Shown here one piece after another: positions 20,501 through 32,430 of a DNA stretch of 54,077 nucleotides; the first letter of the stretch is position 1; each line of letters opens with the position of its first letter. The position numbers were made by a program, and so were the translations under genes. The stretch is taken from contig JAUCBJ010000051.1 in NCBI GenBank assembly GCA_032718475.1, positions 1 through 54,077 of the forward strand, given 5' to 3'. This DNA is from Nemertoderma westbladi. Its lineage: Eukaryota > Animalia > Xenacoelomorpha. The notes under the pieces are model-generated. The model saw only the letters and a program-made list of their open reading frames with translations. It searched no databases and was not told where the DNA came from.

Positions 20501-20940
20501 GAGCAACAACGACTGAACGAGCAACAACGAGTTATATTGAGCAACAACGAGATATATTGAGTAACAATGAGCAATAATAAAGTACAACAACGAGCAACAA
20601 CGACTGACCGAGCAACAACGAGTAATATTGAGAAACAACGAGCAACAATGACAATGAGCAATAATAAAGTACAACAACGAGAAACAACGAGCAACAATGA
20701 GGAACAACGATTGAACGAGCAATAATAAAGTACAACAACGAGCAACAATGAGTAACAATGAGCAATAATGAGCAACAACGAGCAATAATAGAGTACAAGT
20801 ACAACGGGCAACAACGAGCAATAATAAAGTACAACTAACGAGCAACAATGAGCACCAACAAGCAACAACGAGCAACAATGACCAACAATGAGAAATAATA
20901 AAGCACAACGAGCAGCAATGAGCAACAACGAGCAACAAAC
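17575..20940 (+). repeat. Complex CAA-rich satellite (gagcaacaa(c/t) ~10-bp subunits with higher-order blocks) inside the TIR element
   Basis: Recurring gagcaacaat/gagcaacaac/gagcaataataaagtacaacaac; blocks recur at ~234-bp and ~491-bp offsets. Confidence 0.93.
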
Positions 20941-20990
20941 TGCGTCGAACCGGATTGAATGTGGGGGAGCGGAGCGGGAGAGACATATTC

Positions 20991-21281
20991 AAGTGAGCGA
21001 AGCCTTAGCATATGGGTGCTATTAACGAGTTGTCTGTCGTCGTTGTAAATTTTTTATCGTTAATAACTCGGTCATTCCATGATGAAATTAAACGAAACTT
21101 AGTATGTATGTAGTCTGTCAAAAGATTAGAAATAATCTGAAGTTTGGTAAAAAACAAACGAACGCAATGAGGCAAATTAAGGAGACGAGTATTGTGTTGA
21201 ACGACCTCTGACTAACGAAAGACAACATGTTAATGGGGTGGGGCCCCTATCAGATAGGGCTAGCTAAGGCTTTGCTCACTT
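20991..21281. mobile_element. Small element with 19-bp inverted repeats and a hairpin (HINE/MITE-like)
   Basis: aagtgagcgaagccttagc / gctaaggctttgctcactt (1 mismatch); hairpin ccctatc-a-gataggg just inside the right repeat. Confidence 0.55.
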
Positions 21282-22802
21282 CATGCTGCGCAAAGGTCCC
21301 ACGAACGTGTCCCACTCCCGCCTGAGTCAGTTGAGCCAAAAAACGTCATCCAGTCATCATCTTTAACCTTCATAACGTCTATCAGCTGCCCGACGGAACC
21401 ATCTTTGTGCCTATTGACATGACATTGACATTAGTTTTTCACTTTTTTCACACCTTTCAAGTTCAACATTGTGGACAATCCATATAAGTGGGGCGTAACG
21501 CGGAGCAGAAGAGGAAATGCAGGACACAAGTTAGTTTTTCGAAACTGTGCGGCGTGTCCAGTTACTTGAGTCATGTTTCATCGAAATACGTGACAATGTA
21601 TGTGCGCTCAGATGGGCGATGGGCTATTCTTTTGAATATCAATGGGCTATTCTATGCTACCGTGTGAGGTAAGAATGCCAGTGCTAGCAACTTCATTATG
21701 ATACGATATTCTATAGAGGATTTATAGAGTGCAGTGCAACCATTGTCCTTATCCTTAACCCAACAATTAGCAATATACAGACTGACATAAATCAAAGAAT
21801 TATGAAAGAAGTGTAACACATACTGTAAGGAATAAGGAATATTTATTTTATTTAAGGAATGTGCAGATTTTGGAATACAATTGTATTCCTAAATAAGAAA
21901 CCCCGGTCAAAAAGTTCTTATTTAGGGACTTTTAGTATTTATGTGTACAATTTCGATATCTTAAATAAGGTAAATTTAAAAAATCCCCCTTATTTAGGAA
22001 CTAGTCGTATTTTTGATGCAATTTTAAAACGCTTGTAGAAAAAAAACCGGACGGTGAAATGTTTTCTGGTTTTTTGCTTTATGTTCAAGAAAGACCCAAC
22101 TTTTACATTGTGAAATAAAATTATGCGGTATTTTTTCCTGAAACAAGTTATTGCATATTATATCGAAAAAATATCCAAAAAAGGCCCAAAAACCCCTAAA
22201 TAAGAGCCATTTTCCTTAAATAAGAACCCACTTTTGGAGCTTATTTAAGGGTATGTTCCCTACTGCTTGGTACGTGCCGTACGTCAGTACGTGTTCAGAA
22301 GACAGGAAGACTCCAAGAAGCTCGTAAAATAGTGTTACAGTCTCACAGTATTACTTTATTCCGTTATTATAAAAGTGGCCCCTGGTTTCCCATGCCAATA
22401 GCCTGACCATCGCGTTACTCAATGGCCTGACTGCCCGATGGCATGCCCTGATCTGAACTGTTGCGCATGCAGTATCAGCCTTCAATTTTCATGCAGCATC
22501 TGAGCATGCTGCATGCAGTGCACAAAATGCTGATGACAATTGTCAAAATATACCAGTCTACACTCTACAACTTCTGAACTTCTAATAATCTGATAATACC
22601 TGCCTTAGCTTTCAGGCTTTGGCTGCCTAACAACTCAAGCCATCACCTTGCACCAGTCTGCCAGTCTGTCTGTTCTGTCCTGGTTATGCTTAACCTTTTA
22701 ATGTTTTGCTTACCTACTGTCTACTGACCTATCAGCCTATATCAGTATATACTGTAGGGCAGTAGGCAGGTAGGGGTAGGCAGTAGGCCTATTAAATACA
22801 GT

Positions 22803-24658
22803 CAGTCGGTGAGAAGTCAAAAATTGGACTTGAGTCCAAAATTGGACTTCGACTCCAGTTCAAGTCCAAAATTGGACTTCTGTGAGTCCAATATTGGACT
22901 TCAAATCAGCCAATTGTTCCAGGGCCTTCGGTAATTGGATCGGGCGGGATTTTTTTCTTTTAATCGAAAATATATCAAAAAATAAGAGTTTTGAACAGGG
23001 GGACCTGAAATTCACCAGGGGGAACTTTTTTATAAGGCTTTGAATTTTTACAAAAGTCCAATATTGGACTTTACGTCCAATTTTGGACACGACATTGAGA
23101 ATCTAACTTAAATGTACATGAAGCATAACAGATGAGAGACAGCCAGACAGCTATTAAGTTATGGAAAGTTACCTTTGCAGCTCTCTGTATGTATCTTCAA
23201 TGTAACTGTACTTAGAATATAATGGTACATTCTAGCATTCTAGTTCTAGGTACTTTGTACTTTACTTTTAGCATATTGTTTAGTTTACATTCATGTTATG
23301 TCTAACCTTACAGCCTTATGTACCCAGGACTTTAGAGTCTTTAGGACTAGATTAGATTATGCTCCAAGAAATTTTTAATTACAAATTATATTTGGTGGAA
23401 ACTGGTAGCAATGCCAGGTTTTCCAACTGCAGCTGCTGCTAGGGCTTACTACAGTACACGCTACGATTTCGTCTACGCTTATGGGACCCCTATCAGAAAG
23501 AAATACTACAAGTTGATGCTACCACCATCTCTTCTAATTTTTCCATACATCAGGGAGGGTATTTGAAATCGAATGGATAATGAAACGGGATTAACTGATT
23601 AACGTGTTGGGGTCTCCACATAATAAGTAGCCTACAGAAGTAACACACGTCATAAACCAATGGAGGGAAAGGGACAGGTTACAGACAGACAGAGTTAGGC
23701 TTTTCTAACTAAAACAATAAACGGCCACTTTTGACTTTACCAATTGAGGGAGCCCTATCACCACATACTACTAACTACAATCCAGCAATCGGCATGCTGC
23801 ATTGCAGCTGCATTTTATATATATAGGCCCTATTAAGAATGCTGTGCCGGCTTATTGACAGAAGTGCGCCTCCACAACTCCCTTTACACTCTTACAGCCT
23901 TATCACCCATGACATTTGCTATCAGATCATCCGCATCTTCAAGGCCAGTGTCCTTTGAGACAGTAAGAAAGACTGAAAGATGCGTCTCAAGAAAGTCATG
24001 GGCTGTCCACCATGCTTATTTACTCCATGAGGTGCACTGGCTGGTCCTCATGACGAAAGCAATGTCCTGCAAATCGGAGGCGGCTTTGTTCTAGTGTCAA
24101 GCTTGGGGGAACTAATGAGACACCTCCAATGTTATATAGTGTCTGGTTGGAGATGTGTGCATTGTACTTGACACAGTGAACCCAATCAAAACAATTAGCC
24201 AATAAACATTAACTCAATAACATAATAGGTTACAGTTTACAGTAGTCTTATTTTTGCCATACGAAAATACCACAGGTATGGGTATGTATGAACTATACAG
24301 CTATAACTCAACTACCGCTACTGCGGTATACACCACTAAGGCAGTAAGGCTACCGCAAAGCCATACCACTACCGCAAAAAGTAACTACTGATGTCTGACT
24401 GTTACGTGTGCGATCTGCGATCCCTGCTTATAATACTTATAATAATTAATTTGATCATTAAAATGATGTTGCATTGTAATTATGTAATATATATGTACTG
24501 ATACGGGATGCAGTTTTGATTGAAATACCGATATACAGTATGGCAGCATGGGTACACTTAGAGTTGTACTAAAGTCCAATATTGGACTTTGGAGTCCAAA
24601 ATTGGACTTGAAGTCTAAAATTGGACTTGAAGTCCAATTTTTGACTTCTCACCGACTG
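22803..24658. mobile_element. Non-autonomous TIR element with CAGT termini, apparent 5-bp TSD ACAGT and palindromic subterminal repeats
   Basis: acagt|CAGTCGGTGAGAAGTCAAAAATTGGACTT ... AAGTCCAATTTTTGACTTCTCACCGACTG|acagt; repeated AGTCCAA(A/T)ATTGGACT at both ends. Confidence 0.85.
23930..24200 (-). mobile_element. Degraded 3' fragment of an RTE-type non-LTR retrotransposon (related fragment at ~40560-40720)
   Basis: Peptide SRLRFAGHCFRHEDQP; gcatcttcaaggccagtgtccttt...aagaaagtcatgggctgtcca shared with 40640-40697. Confidence 0.5.
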
Positions 24659-25485
24659 ACAGTACAGCAGTATGGAGTATATTAACATATAGCAAGGGCC
24701 TAGCTGCCTAGGCCTATCTGTATATTACAGTCAGACAGTATATATTCCGAATTATATTAAACTGTTAAAAGTATTACAGTATTACCGGTATACTAAAATA
24801 CTTCACAGTCTGACAGTACCGGCCACTGCGCTGTACCGGCCACTGCGCTGTACCGGTATAACACTGTCTGACTGTTATACGACCGGTACTGTTATAATAA
24901 CAGTACAGCAGTAGGCCTACAGGCAGTAGGGAACATATGCTTAAATAAGCAGTACGGGTCGCACTTCTTATTTACAGATCGCACTGCTTATTTAGGCAGT
25001 TTTACTCTAATTTTTGTGTTGTTTTGATGGTTTGACAGGTAGCAAATCAAAAGGGCCCCAATTTTTCTCCTCCAATGGGAACGTTTGTATACCCTGAGTC
25101 ATATTTTGAAATCAGCAATTAATTCTGTCGTGTAGAAGTCAATATAATAGGCTTCTACTATGAAGCAGTAGTTCCAATATCTCCTGGAATACTTTCTGAC
25201 GAGGCGCACTTCCTAAATAAGAGTTTTGGCTTGTTTAAATAAGCAGTGCGATCTTAACCAAGTTTGTAGTTACTTCTTAAATAAGCAGTGCGGGGTTGTT
25301 ATAACTTCCGGTTACTTCTTAAAGAAGCAGTTTTTTATCTACTCACTCGTTTTTTTATCTACTAACTCATACCTATGAACCTATCTGACTAAAATAGTTA
25401 AATTATGTGTATCAAATAAACCTGTCAGCCTGTACCGGTAATACTATTGTATATGTGAGTCGCCCATTGCTTGTAAATTGTAATA

Positions 25486-28068
25486 ATGGATGAAACACCC
25501 CCTGAAAGCGAAGCCTCGACAAAACCAAAATTTAAGAAGCAGTGTGGGTCGTGTTCTGGTACCACTGGACTTATTAATTTAAGTTCTTCGAAAACTCATG
25601 GAAGATTTCAGAAAACTGTGATCAAGTATATGATAACGAATAGAAAGATTTCAACACGTAACAAATTTGTTTGTGATAAATGTTATGAATTGTCAAGATC
25701 TCAAATTCATACTGAAATTGACTCAGACGTAGATGCGGCACTTTTCTCAATTCCAACACCAGCTGCTGAAAGTGGCACCGCCACTCATTCTGACCTTCAA
25801 ATCTTAAAGTCCTCAATTATGTCAACAGCCAAGTCGTTGAAAGGTAAGTATCGTGAATTTCTCACTTCAAGAGAGTGTTTAGAATTTGTTGACAAGAAAG
25901 TTATGGATTTCTGTTGCTCTTTGAGTAATTTAGAAAACCTTGATGAAGCTAATGATTTGCAATGCTTCTCGATATTAAAAACTATAGAGCAGCTTTGTTA
26001 CTTGTCAAATAAAACCTTTGTGGGTCCAATGTCATTTCAACAGAACTTTAACATGTATGTTATCTCGCATTGTAAAACTGCAATTCAGATAAATAGTTGT
26101 GGCACCCCAAATGGAAGTCTTACATTAATTAAGAACATAATAGAAGAAAAGGCTGTTAGTGTTCCTTACAGCAATGACAATTTGTGCGGTGATATACAAG
26201 TTGCTGTAGACAACAACCAAGTTTACTCGAAGACTTACCATATAATTTACAAAGGCGTCACTGTTTCAAAGACCACGAGTGTGATGAGCATACTACATAA
26301 AGCTATTGACTCACAACCTTTGCAATACAGTGCTCTGTCATTTCTTGAGATTCATGATAGTGAGATAGAAACTGTTATAAAACAATTTAGCGATCGGTTT
26401 AATGACACTTGTGAGAAAATTCGGCATTCATACTTAGAAACAATTTTAAAGTCTGTTTTAGATCAGTGCAATTCTAGCGTTGATTTAATTGAGGATTGCA
26501 TCCAGAAGCAAGATAGTGACTCAGCCAAGCCCACCTGGAGAGAAAAACGGTATGATCTGGTAGATGGAACTGCTATTACTATTGACAATGTTAATGTCAT
26601 AGAACAGATCCATGATCCTTATCCTGGTGACCCAGGATCACAAGCTGCTGTACAAGAAATACTGCATAAACTCGGAAATGATTTTTTAGTAGGTGACCGA
26701 AAATGGATCGTATTAGTAGTAGATGGTTCTCCATACCATATGGCTAAACCGATCATAAAAAACGACGACGTTTTAGCTAAACAGATTCTTTTGAAACCAG
26801 GTTTTGGCCATGTACATCATACCATGTTGAAAGCTTTAACCAAAATATTATGGGTACCCTTTGTCAAGACGTTTGCAACATCAGTTGCCATGTTTAAGAC
26901 ACCAAAAGCGCAAATGGCATTTTTCAATTGCACTGATCACCACAAAGCTGACCAATCATTCAATGTCATGTTAGAGGGGAATATGATGGAGATCGTGCGA
27001 TTAGCTGTGTATGAGCTAACTACAAAGGGATCCAATTCACTTCAATGTATTGAAACAAAAGACATTATTGACTGGGCTAATAATATAAGAAATCCTTCCC
27101 TCAAGTTTTTGTTTGAGTGGTCATACGGACCCATTCTGTCTGCTAAGCTTTTTAAAGAAGCTGTTCGACATAATAACTCACTAGCCTTAGATGGTTTTTT
27201 TTTCAAGTTTGCTCCTGTTTTTTTTGCCCATGTGAACCACATTTACAGGCAAATAGCTGCGCACTATTTTGCACAGAAAATGATGATGACTGAAAGTGTA
27301 AAGTTATTTTACGAAAACGACAGCTACACCAAGGACCTTTTGTGGAGAGGAGAAGCGCTGGATTACCTATTAGAAGAGAAACATAAAAAAATAAAATGGA
27401 TAACCGATTCTGGTTTACCTACATGGAAGCGATGGGTCACTGGTTACAGAACACTAAATTTCAGTTGGGATGTGAGAAATACTTTGTACAACAATACAGC
27501 AGTGAATGACCCTGCTTTATTGAGTCGCCATGATGCCAAGGAAATTAGTCTTGAGCCACTAATATTGCACTACAGAACATTACTTCGACAGTCACACTTC
27601 GCTATTGACGATTCACAGCATGTTCCCAGTAATATTAATCCATTGGGGTTGAAAGGAGAACTCAGCAGTCTCAGTTCTGACTTTCTGAAGATTGGCTTTG
27701 CCACTTTTAATGAATGTTTGAAAGCTGAACTCCACAATTGTCCTTTCCCGAAAATAACTCCAGTTCCTATTACCTTGGCTCAGGAATCGCTTATGAAACT
27801 TCCAGAATATCAAACAATATCAAAGTTACATGATACAATATCATGGTTTATCAAGAAACTTTCAAGCCAGTCAATTTCAAAAACATTTCAGTTGCAATTA
27901 TCTAGTAGCCGAACTAAATCGCAATATGTAAACTTATACCACAAAATATTCGAAATTCCGGAATTTCAAGAGCTTATAGATGAATATGTAGAAAGCAGTT
28001 CTGGCAACCCCTCGGGCTCGGCCTCTCACTCTGACTCTACTTCCAGTAGTGATGACGAACATTTATAA
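25486..28068 (+). CDS. Putative DDE transposase, 860 aa (Academ/DUF6589-like motif pattern)
   Basis: Inside TIRs; N-terminal CxxC...CxxC; ordered motifs VAVDNNQ, LVVDGSPY, PGFGHVH, ALDYLLEEKHKKIK resembling DN / D / GxxH / DxxxE of Academ-type transposases. Family call by eye. Confidence 0.75.
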   Translation: MDETPPESEASTKPKFKKQCGSCSGTTGLINLSSSKTHGRFQKTVIKYMITNRKISTRNKFVCDKCYELSRSQIHTEIDSDVDAALFSIPTPAAESGTATHSDLQILKSSIMSTAKSLKGKYREFLTSRECLEFVDKKVMDFCCSLSNLENLDEANDLQCFSILKTIEQLCYLSNKTFVGPMSFQQNFNMYVISHCKTAIQINSCGTPNGSLTLIKNIIEEKAVSVPYSNDNLCGDIQVAVDNNQVYSKTYHIIYKGVTVSKTTSVMSILHKAIDSQPLQYSALSFLEIHDSEIETVIKQFSDRFNDTCEKIRHSYLETILKSVLDQCNSSVDLIEDCIQKQDSDSAKPTWREKRYDLVDGTAITIDNVNVIEQIHDPYPGDPGSQAAVQEILHKLGNDFLVGDRKWIVLVVDGSPYHMAKPIIKNDDVLAKQILLKPGFGHVHHTMLKALTKILWVPFVKTFATSVAMFKTPKAQMAFFNCTDHHKADQSFNVMLEGNMMEIVRLAVYELTTKGSNSLQCIETKDIIDWANNIRNPSLKFLFEWSYGPILSAKLFKEAVRHNNSLALDGFFFKFAPVFFAHVNHIYRQIAAHYFAQKMMMTESVKLFYENDSYTKDLLWRGEALDYLLEEKHKKIKWITDSGLPTWKRWVTGYRTLNFSWDVRNTLYNNTAVNDPALLSRHDAKEISLEPLILHYRTLLRQSHFAIDDSQHVPSNINPLGLKGELSSLSSDFLKIGFATFNECLKAELHNCPFPKITPVPITLAQESLMKLPEYQTISKLHDTISWFIKKLSSQSISKTFQLQLSSSRTKSQYVNLYHKIFEIPEFQELIDEYVESSSGNPSGSASHSDSTSSSDDEHL

Positions 28069-28529
28069 TTACTAATTAGGTATATATATACCGGTTTTTT
28101 TAATAATTTGAGAATTTAATAATTTTCATCAGTATATTAATATTATAAAAATTCATGCTAAATATATAATATATATATATATACAGTATATAGTAAGATT
28201 CAGTTTAAATCAATTTAAAAAAATCAATTACTGTAGGTAAATCAATTTAAAAAAAATTAAAATACAAATAACATTGCCAAATTATTCATAAAAAGTATTG
28301 CCAAATTGCACATTATAGGGAAGTTCTCAAAAGAATCAAAATAACATTCAACTCAAATTAAACATATTATATAATTAGCTATAAAAGAGTACAAAATATC
28401 ACAATCAATTAGGTTAATCAATTAATAAAAATTGCCATTTAAAATTACAGCAGTATAATATATAAAAATATATAGATAAAATAAAATATATAGATAAAAT
28501 ATATATATAAAAATATATATATATATAAG

Positions 28530-29678
28530 TTACTTTTTTTTCGACCGTGTACGGTATCTTGGTGGTGCTGCTGCTGATTGGCTCGTTGAGGCATCACCAT
28601 CCTGTGTCGTTTCCGTCATGGCAACAACACTCTGCTCCCCAACAAAGTCAACCCTATGTGCCTGGCAATACCATGGGCACATGGTCCTTCCCTCAGCAAT
28701 GGTCAATGTTGGAAACCCAACACAGAAGCTGTGTACCCATTGTTGGCAATTCAGGGCCTGGCACCCTAGCACTGTGCCTGAAATGTCTCCAATAGCATTA
28801 AAGATTCGATAACAAATCGAGCACCTCGCCGCAGGATTGCAAAGACCCACACGTCGCCGCAAAAATATATCCACAGATGGCAACTGAGGAGTTTTTGATG
28901 GTGTCACAACGTTTGGTGCTTGTAGATCCTGGTCACCTGCCAACTCAATTGGTTCGCCCGATTCAACTCTGTCCACCACAAGGCCAGCTCCAATCTGGAC
29001 TGCCTTGATGAATGCCTCAACTGCCTCACCTTTGGTTGAAAACAGCTTATTCTGGATAGGATTGATATCTATCCCACCTAAAATTGATCGCGAATTAGCA
29101 GGTGAAGGCTCCTCCTTGTTGGTGCTGCAGGATGAACGTATATTAAGTCTATATTTCTCCCCCCCCCTATCATGTCGCATGTTCAAAAAAATTACATCGG
29201 ACCCGGTGTGAGTCAAAGTTTCTAGTTCCTTAAGTTTCTCGTGTATTCCATCTCTACGCTTTGAATCCATAGATGTTCTATAATTATCGTTCTTTTCAAA
29301 CGCTGCTTCCGACTTCCTCCTCCTCTTCTTAATAGGGTCTGCCGATGATCGTCCGCTATCAGACACAACTCCACTGACACCAGATACTGGTGAGTAGTGC
29401 GAATCAGACTGTGGTGCACCTGTGCTGTGTGTACTAGTTAATATCGCTAGTTCGTTGTCCTCGTAATCGTTAGGATCTATAGTTAGAAGTGTTAGCGGTA
29501 CCTCGTAGTTGGAACTACCCGGATCATATAGGCCTACTGTTCCACTAACGCTCGAGAGGATGTTCGATATTGACTCCTGAATTTCCGCCTCAAGAATTCC
29601 ATCGCTTTGTTGAGGTTGTTGTTCTTCCTCTTCCGGTATTTGAAGATCCCGTTCTTCTTGGTCAGTCTCTTTATCCAT
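28530..29678 (-). CDS. Transposon accessory protein with C-terminal PHD-type zinc finger, 382 aa
   Basis: CSIC-x16-CQALNC-QQWVHSFC...WYCQAH (C4HC2H-like PHD); acidic N-terminus; basic KKRRRK NLS-like motif. Confidence 0.75.
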   Translation of the reverse strand: MDKETDQEERDLQIPEEEEQQPQQSDGILEAEIQESISNILSSVSGTVGLYDPGSSNYEVPLTLLTIDPNDYEDNELAILTSTHSTGAPQSDSHYSPVSGVSGVVSDSGRSSADPIKKRRRKSEAAFEKNDNYRTSMDSKRRDGIHEKLKELETLTHTGSDVIFLNMRHDRGGEKYRLNIRSSCSTNKEEPSPANSRSILGGIDINPIQNKLFSTKGEAVEAFIKAVQIGAGLVVDRVESGEPIELAGDQDLQAPNVVTPSKTPQLPSVDIFLRRRVGLCNPAARCSICYRIFNAIGDISGTVLGCQALNCQQWVHSFCVGFPTLTIAEGRTMCPWYCQAHRVDFVGEQSVVAMTETTQDGDASTSQSAAAPPRYRTRSKKK

Positions 29679-31084
29679 TAAAAATAAAATCAGAAAAGTA
29701 TTATTTTACTTTACTGTATTAGGCTAGGTGCTAGGTTTAAGAAACGCAGTCTTAATTATCATATTAGGCCTACTGGAATTAAGTCGTCAGACTGATAATG
29801 AATCATGACCCTTTAACAACTTATTGGGGCACTGCTTATTTAAGAGATAGGTCTACCATTAACTAGAGGTTACAACAACCCCACACTGCTTATTTAAGAA
29901 GTAGCTATAAACTTGGTTAAGATCGCACTGTTTATTTAAACAAGCCAAAACTCTTATTTAGGAAGTGCGCCTCCTCAGAAAGTATTCCAGGAGATATTGG
30001 AACTACTGCTTCATAGTAGAAGCCTATTATATTGACTTCTACACGACAGAATTAATTGCTGATTTCAAAATATGACTCAGGGTATACAAACGTTCCCATT
30101 GGAGGAGAAAAATTGGGGCCCTTTTGATTTGCTACCTGTCAAACCATCAAAACAACACAAAAATTAGAGTAAAACTGCCTAAATAAGCAGTGCGATCTGT
30201 AAATAAGAAGTGCGACCCGTACTGCTTATTTAAGCATATGTTCCCTACTGACAGGCTACAGCTGTACAGGAGTAGACAAACAGGCATACACCAGTACACA
30301 CACTAGGCTGCTAGGCAGATTCTACCAGGTTTTTCCGGAATTGGTGCAGGCTGTCCGGTAAATTGGTAAATTCCGGAATAGGTATAGACGGTACCTACCT
30401 ACCTCTGTACCTACCTGCCTACTGGCTACTGCTACTGCTGTACTGGCTGAATGGCAACGACAGGACAGCAGGAATGATACTGCAGTATTCTGGTATTGGC
30501 AGTCTGGTACCGGCAGACCGGTACACACCGATACACTAAAATTCTATCAGAATACCGGCTCCGGCTGACCGGCAGACAGGTACTGAGGTAGGTACGGATT
30601 ACGGACTACATACAGACGGATACAGCCAATCCTGTCTGCCTGTACAGCTGTAGTACTGTAGTACAGCAGTATGCTCATGCTGTTACAGCTGTAGGCTGGT
30701 AGGCCTATAGTGTTTTATCAGCAAATTGGGCTTTATATTTTAAATTTCCCTCTAACAATATGTTACACAGCAAAATGTGCTCAATATCTCAGACACTCGC
30801 ACTTTCAATTCGATATCGTACAAAATTACAGCGCACTTTTTACAATTCTGAACACAAGGCTGCAAGGCCAGAAGACGTTGTTACTGTATTTCTAACTAAA
30901 TTCTAATTTCTAACTAATTCAAACTAACTAATATTTAGGTAGTCTGGTACCATAGTATTTGCTGTACTGCAGTTGTGTTGAACCGGCCAACAGGAATATT
31001 TGAAAATGGAAACATGGGCACAATGAGGAACGTGCTGTGTTTAACGTCTCCTTCTAAGTTTACCCGGTTCTACTGTAATTACAC

Positions 31085-32430
31085 CCTCTGTATGAAAAGA
31101 ATAGTAAAGTAGAACCCTGTAATTACAGACCTGTTAGTATGTTAAGTATTGTATCAAAAATTCTAGAACGTTCTGTTTTTCTACAGCTGGAGGCACATCT
31201 TAGTAGGCTAAATCTGATCTATGAACTTCAGTCCGGTTTTCGTAAATCATATTCTACAGACACCTGCCTTATTAACTTAACTGATACAATTAGATGTAAT
31301 AACGCAAAGGGTTTATATACTGGTATGGTAATGTTGGACCTACAAAAGGCTTTCGATACTGTAGATCACGAAATTATGCTTGGTAAGTTAGGCCTGATGG
31401 GTGTAGGTTCTATAGACTGGTTCAAGTCCTACCTTTCAGACAGAGGTCAAACTGTAGTCATTAGCAAATCGCAGTCTACTGTACAAGAGATTACCTGTGG
31501 TGTACCGCAAGGTAGTATATTAGGTCCTCTGCTATTTGTATGCATGTAAATGATATGATAAGTAGTATAGATCCCGATTTTAAACTCATTTTATATGCCG
31601 ACGACAGTGCTCTTATTTTCTCTCATAAAGATCCTATCCATATTTCCCAAAAGTTAAGTGCAGTTCTAGAATCCTGTAATGAGTGGTTGGTTGATAATAA
31701 GCTATCCATTCGCTACGGTAAGACTGAAAGTATTTTGTTTGGTTCCAAAAGAAAGTTAAAGAAGGTAACTAAGTATGAAGTCACTAGTAATGGACATAAG
31801 ATTGAAAATAAAAAGGAAGTTAAATATTTAGGCGCCACATTGGATAACTGCTTATCAGGAGAAAGCACAGTGAAAAATATTTTCTCGAAAGTTAACAGTA
31901 GGCTTTGGTTTCTATACAGAAATAAAAATAGTTTAAACACCGACTCCCGCAAGTTACTTTGCTCTTCTTTAATACAGTGTCACATGGACTATGCGTGCTC
32001 TTCTTGGTATGAAGGCTTAACCAAACAGCTTAAATGTAAATTACAAGTAGCTCAGAATAAAGTAGTACGATTTATTAAAGACTACAAACCTAGGCACCAC
32101 CTAACTCCAGATGACTTTTCTGAATCTGGACTACTTAACTTAGATAGTAGAGTTAAGCAGCTACGCCTTAACCATGTGCATAAAGTGTATAATGGTAAAT
32201 GTCCCAATTACCTAAAACAAAAATTCAACAGAGTACGCGATACACACTCTTACAATACCAGAGCTAGTGCTTCAAACTTCTACCTCCCGAATTGTAAATC
32301 CTTCGAATCTGATACTTTCTTTTTTAACGGCATTAAAAATTGGAACGCTCTGCCTAATGAAATTAAAAACCTAGATAATCAACATTCTTTTACATCTGCA
32401 GTTAAATCTCACCTCCGTGTGCAATGTAAA
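31085..32430 (+). mobile_element. 5'-truncated, frameshifted non-LTR retrotransposon RT (CR1/L2-group-like)
   Basis: [46 protein letters not shown], then frameshift near 31545, VND...LYADD, KYLG, HSYNTR, WNALP. Confidence 0.92.

Larger units (their letters stand above)
16697..22265. mobile_element. Non-autonomous TIR DNA transposon, 413-bp TIRs, 5-bp TSD CTTGG
   Basis: cttgg|CAGTAGGGAACATACCCTTAAATAAG ... CTTATTTAAGGGTATGTTCCCTACTG|cttgg; TIRs 16697-17109 and 21853-22265; no coding capacity seen. Confidence 0.93.
24924..30250. mobile_element. Putatively autonomous two-gene TIR DNA transposon, ~390-bp TIRs, 5-bp TSD ACAGG
   Basis: acagg|CAGTAGGGAACATATGCTTAAATAAG ... CTTATTTAAGCATATGTTCCCTACTG|acagg; TIRs ~24924-25313 and ~29861-30250, nearly identical in the outer ~330 bp; two intact convergent ORFs. 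Confidence 0.95.

Noticed and set aside
17449-20992. Cys/Leu/Val-rich minus-strand ORFs
   Set aside because: Produced by a strand-biased CAA satellite; open in all three frames.
25486-29678. RAG1/RAG2 (ProtoRAG) assignment
   Set aside because: No RAG1/Transib catalytic motifs, no kelch repeats, and termini are CAGT not CAC; only the architecture is analogous.
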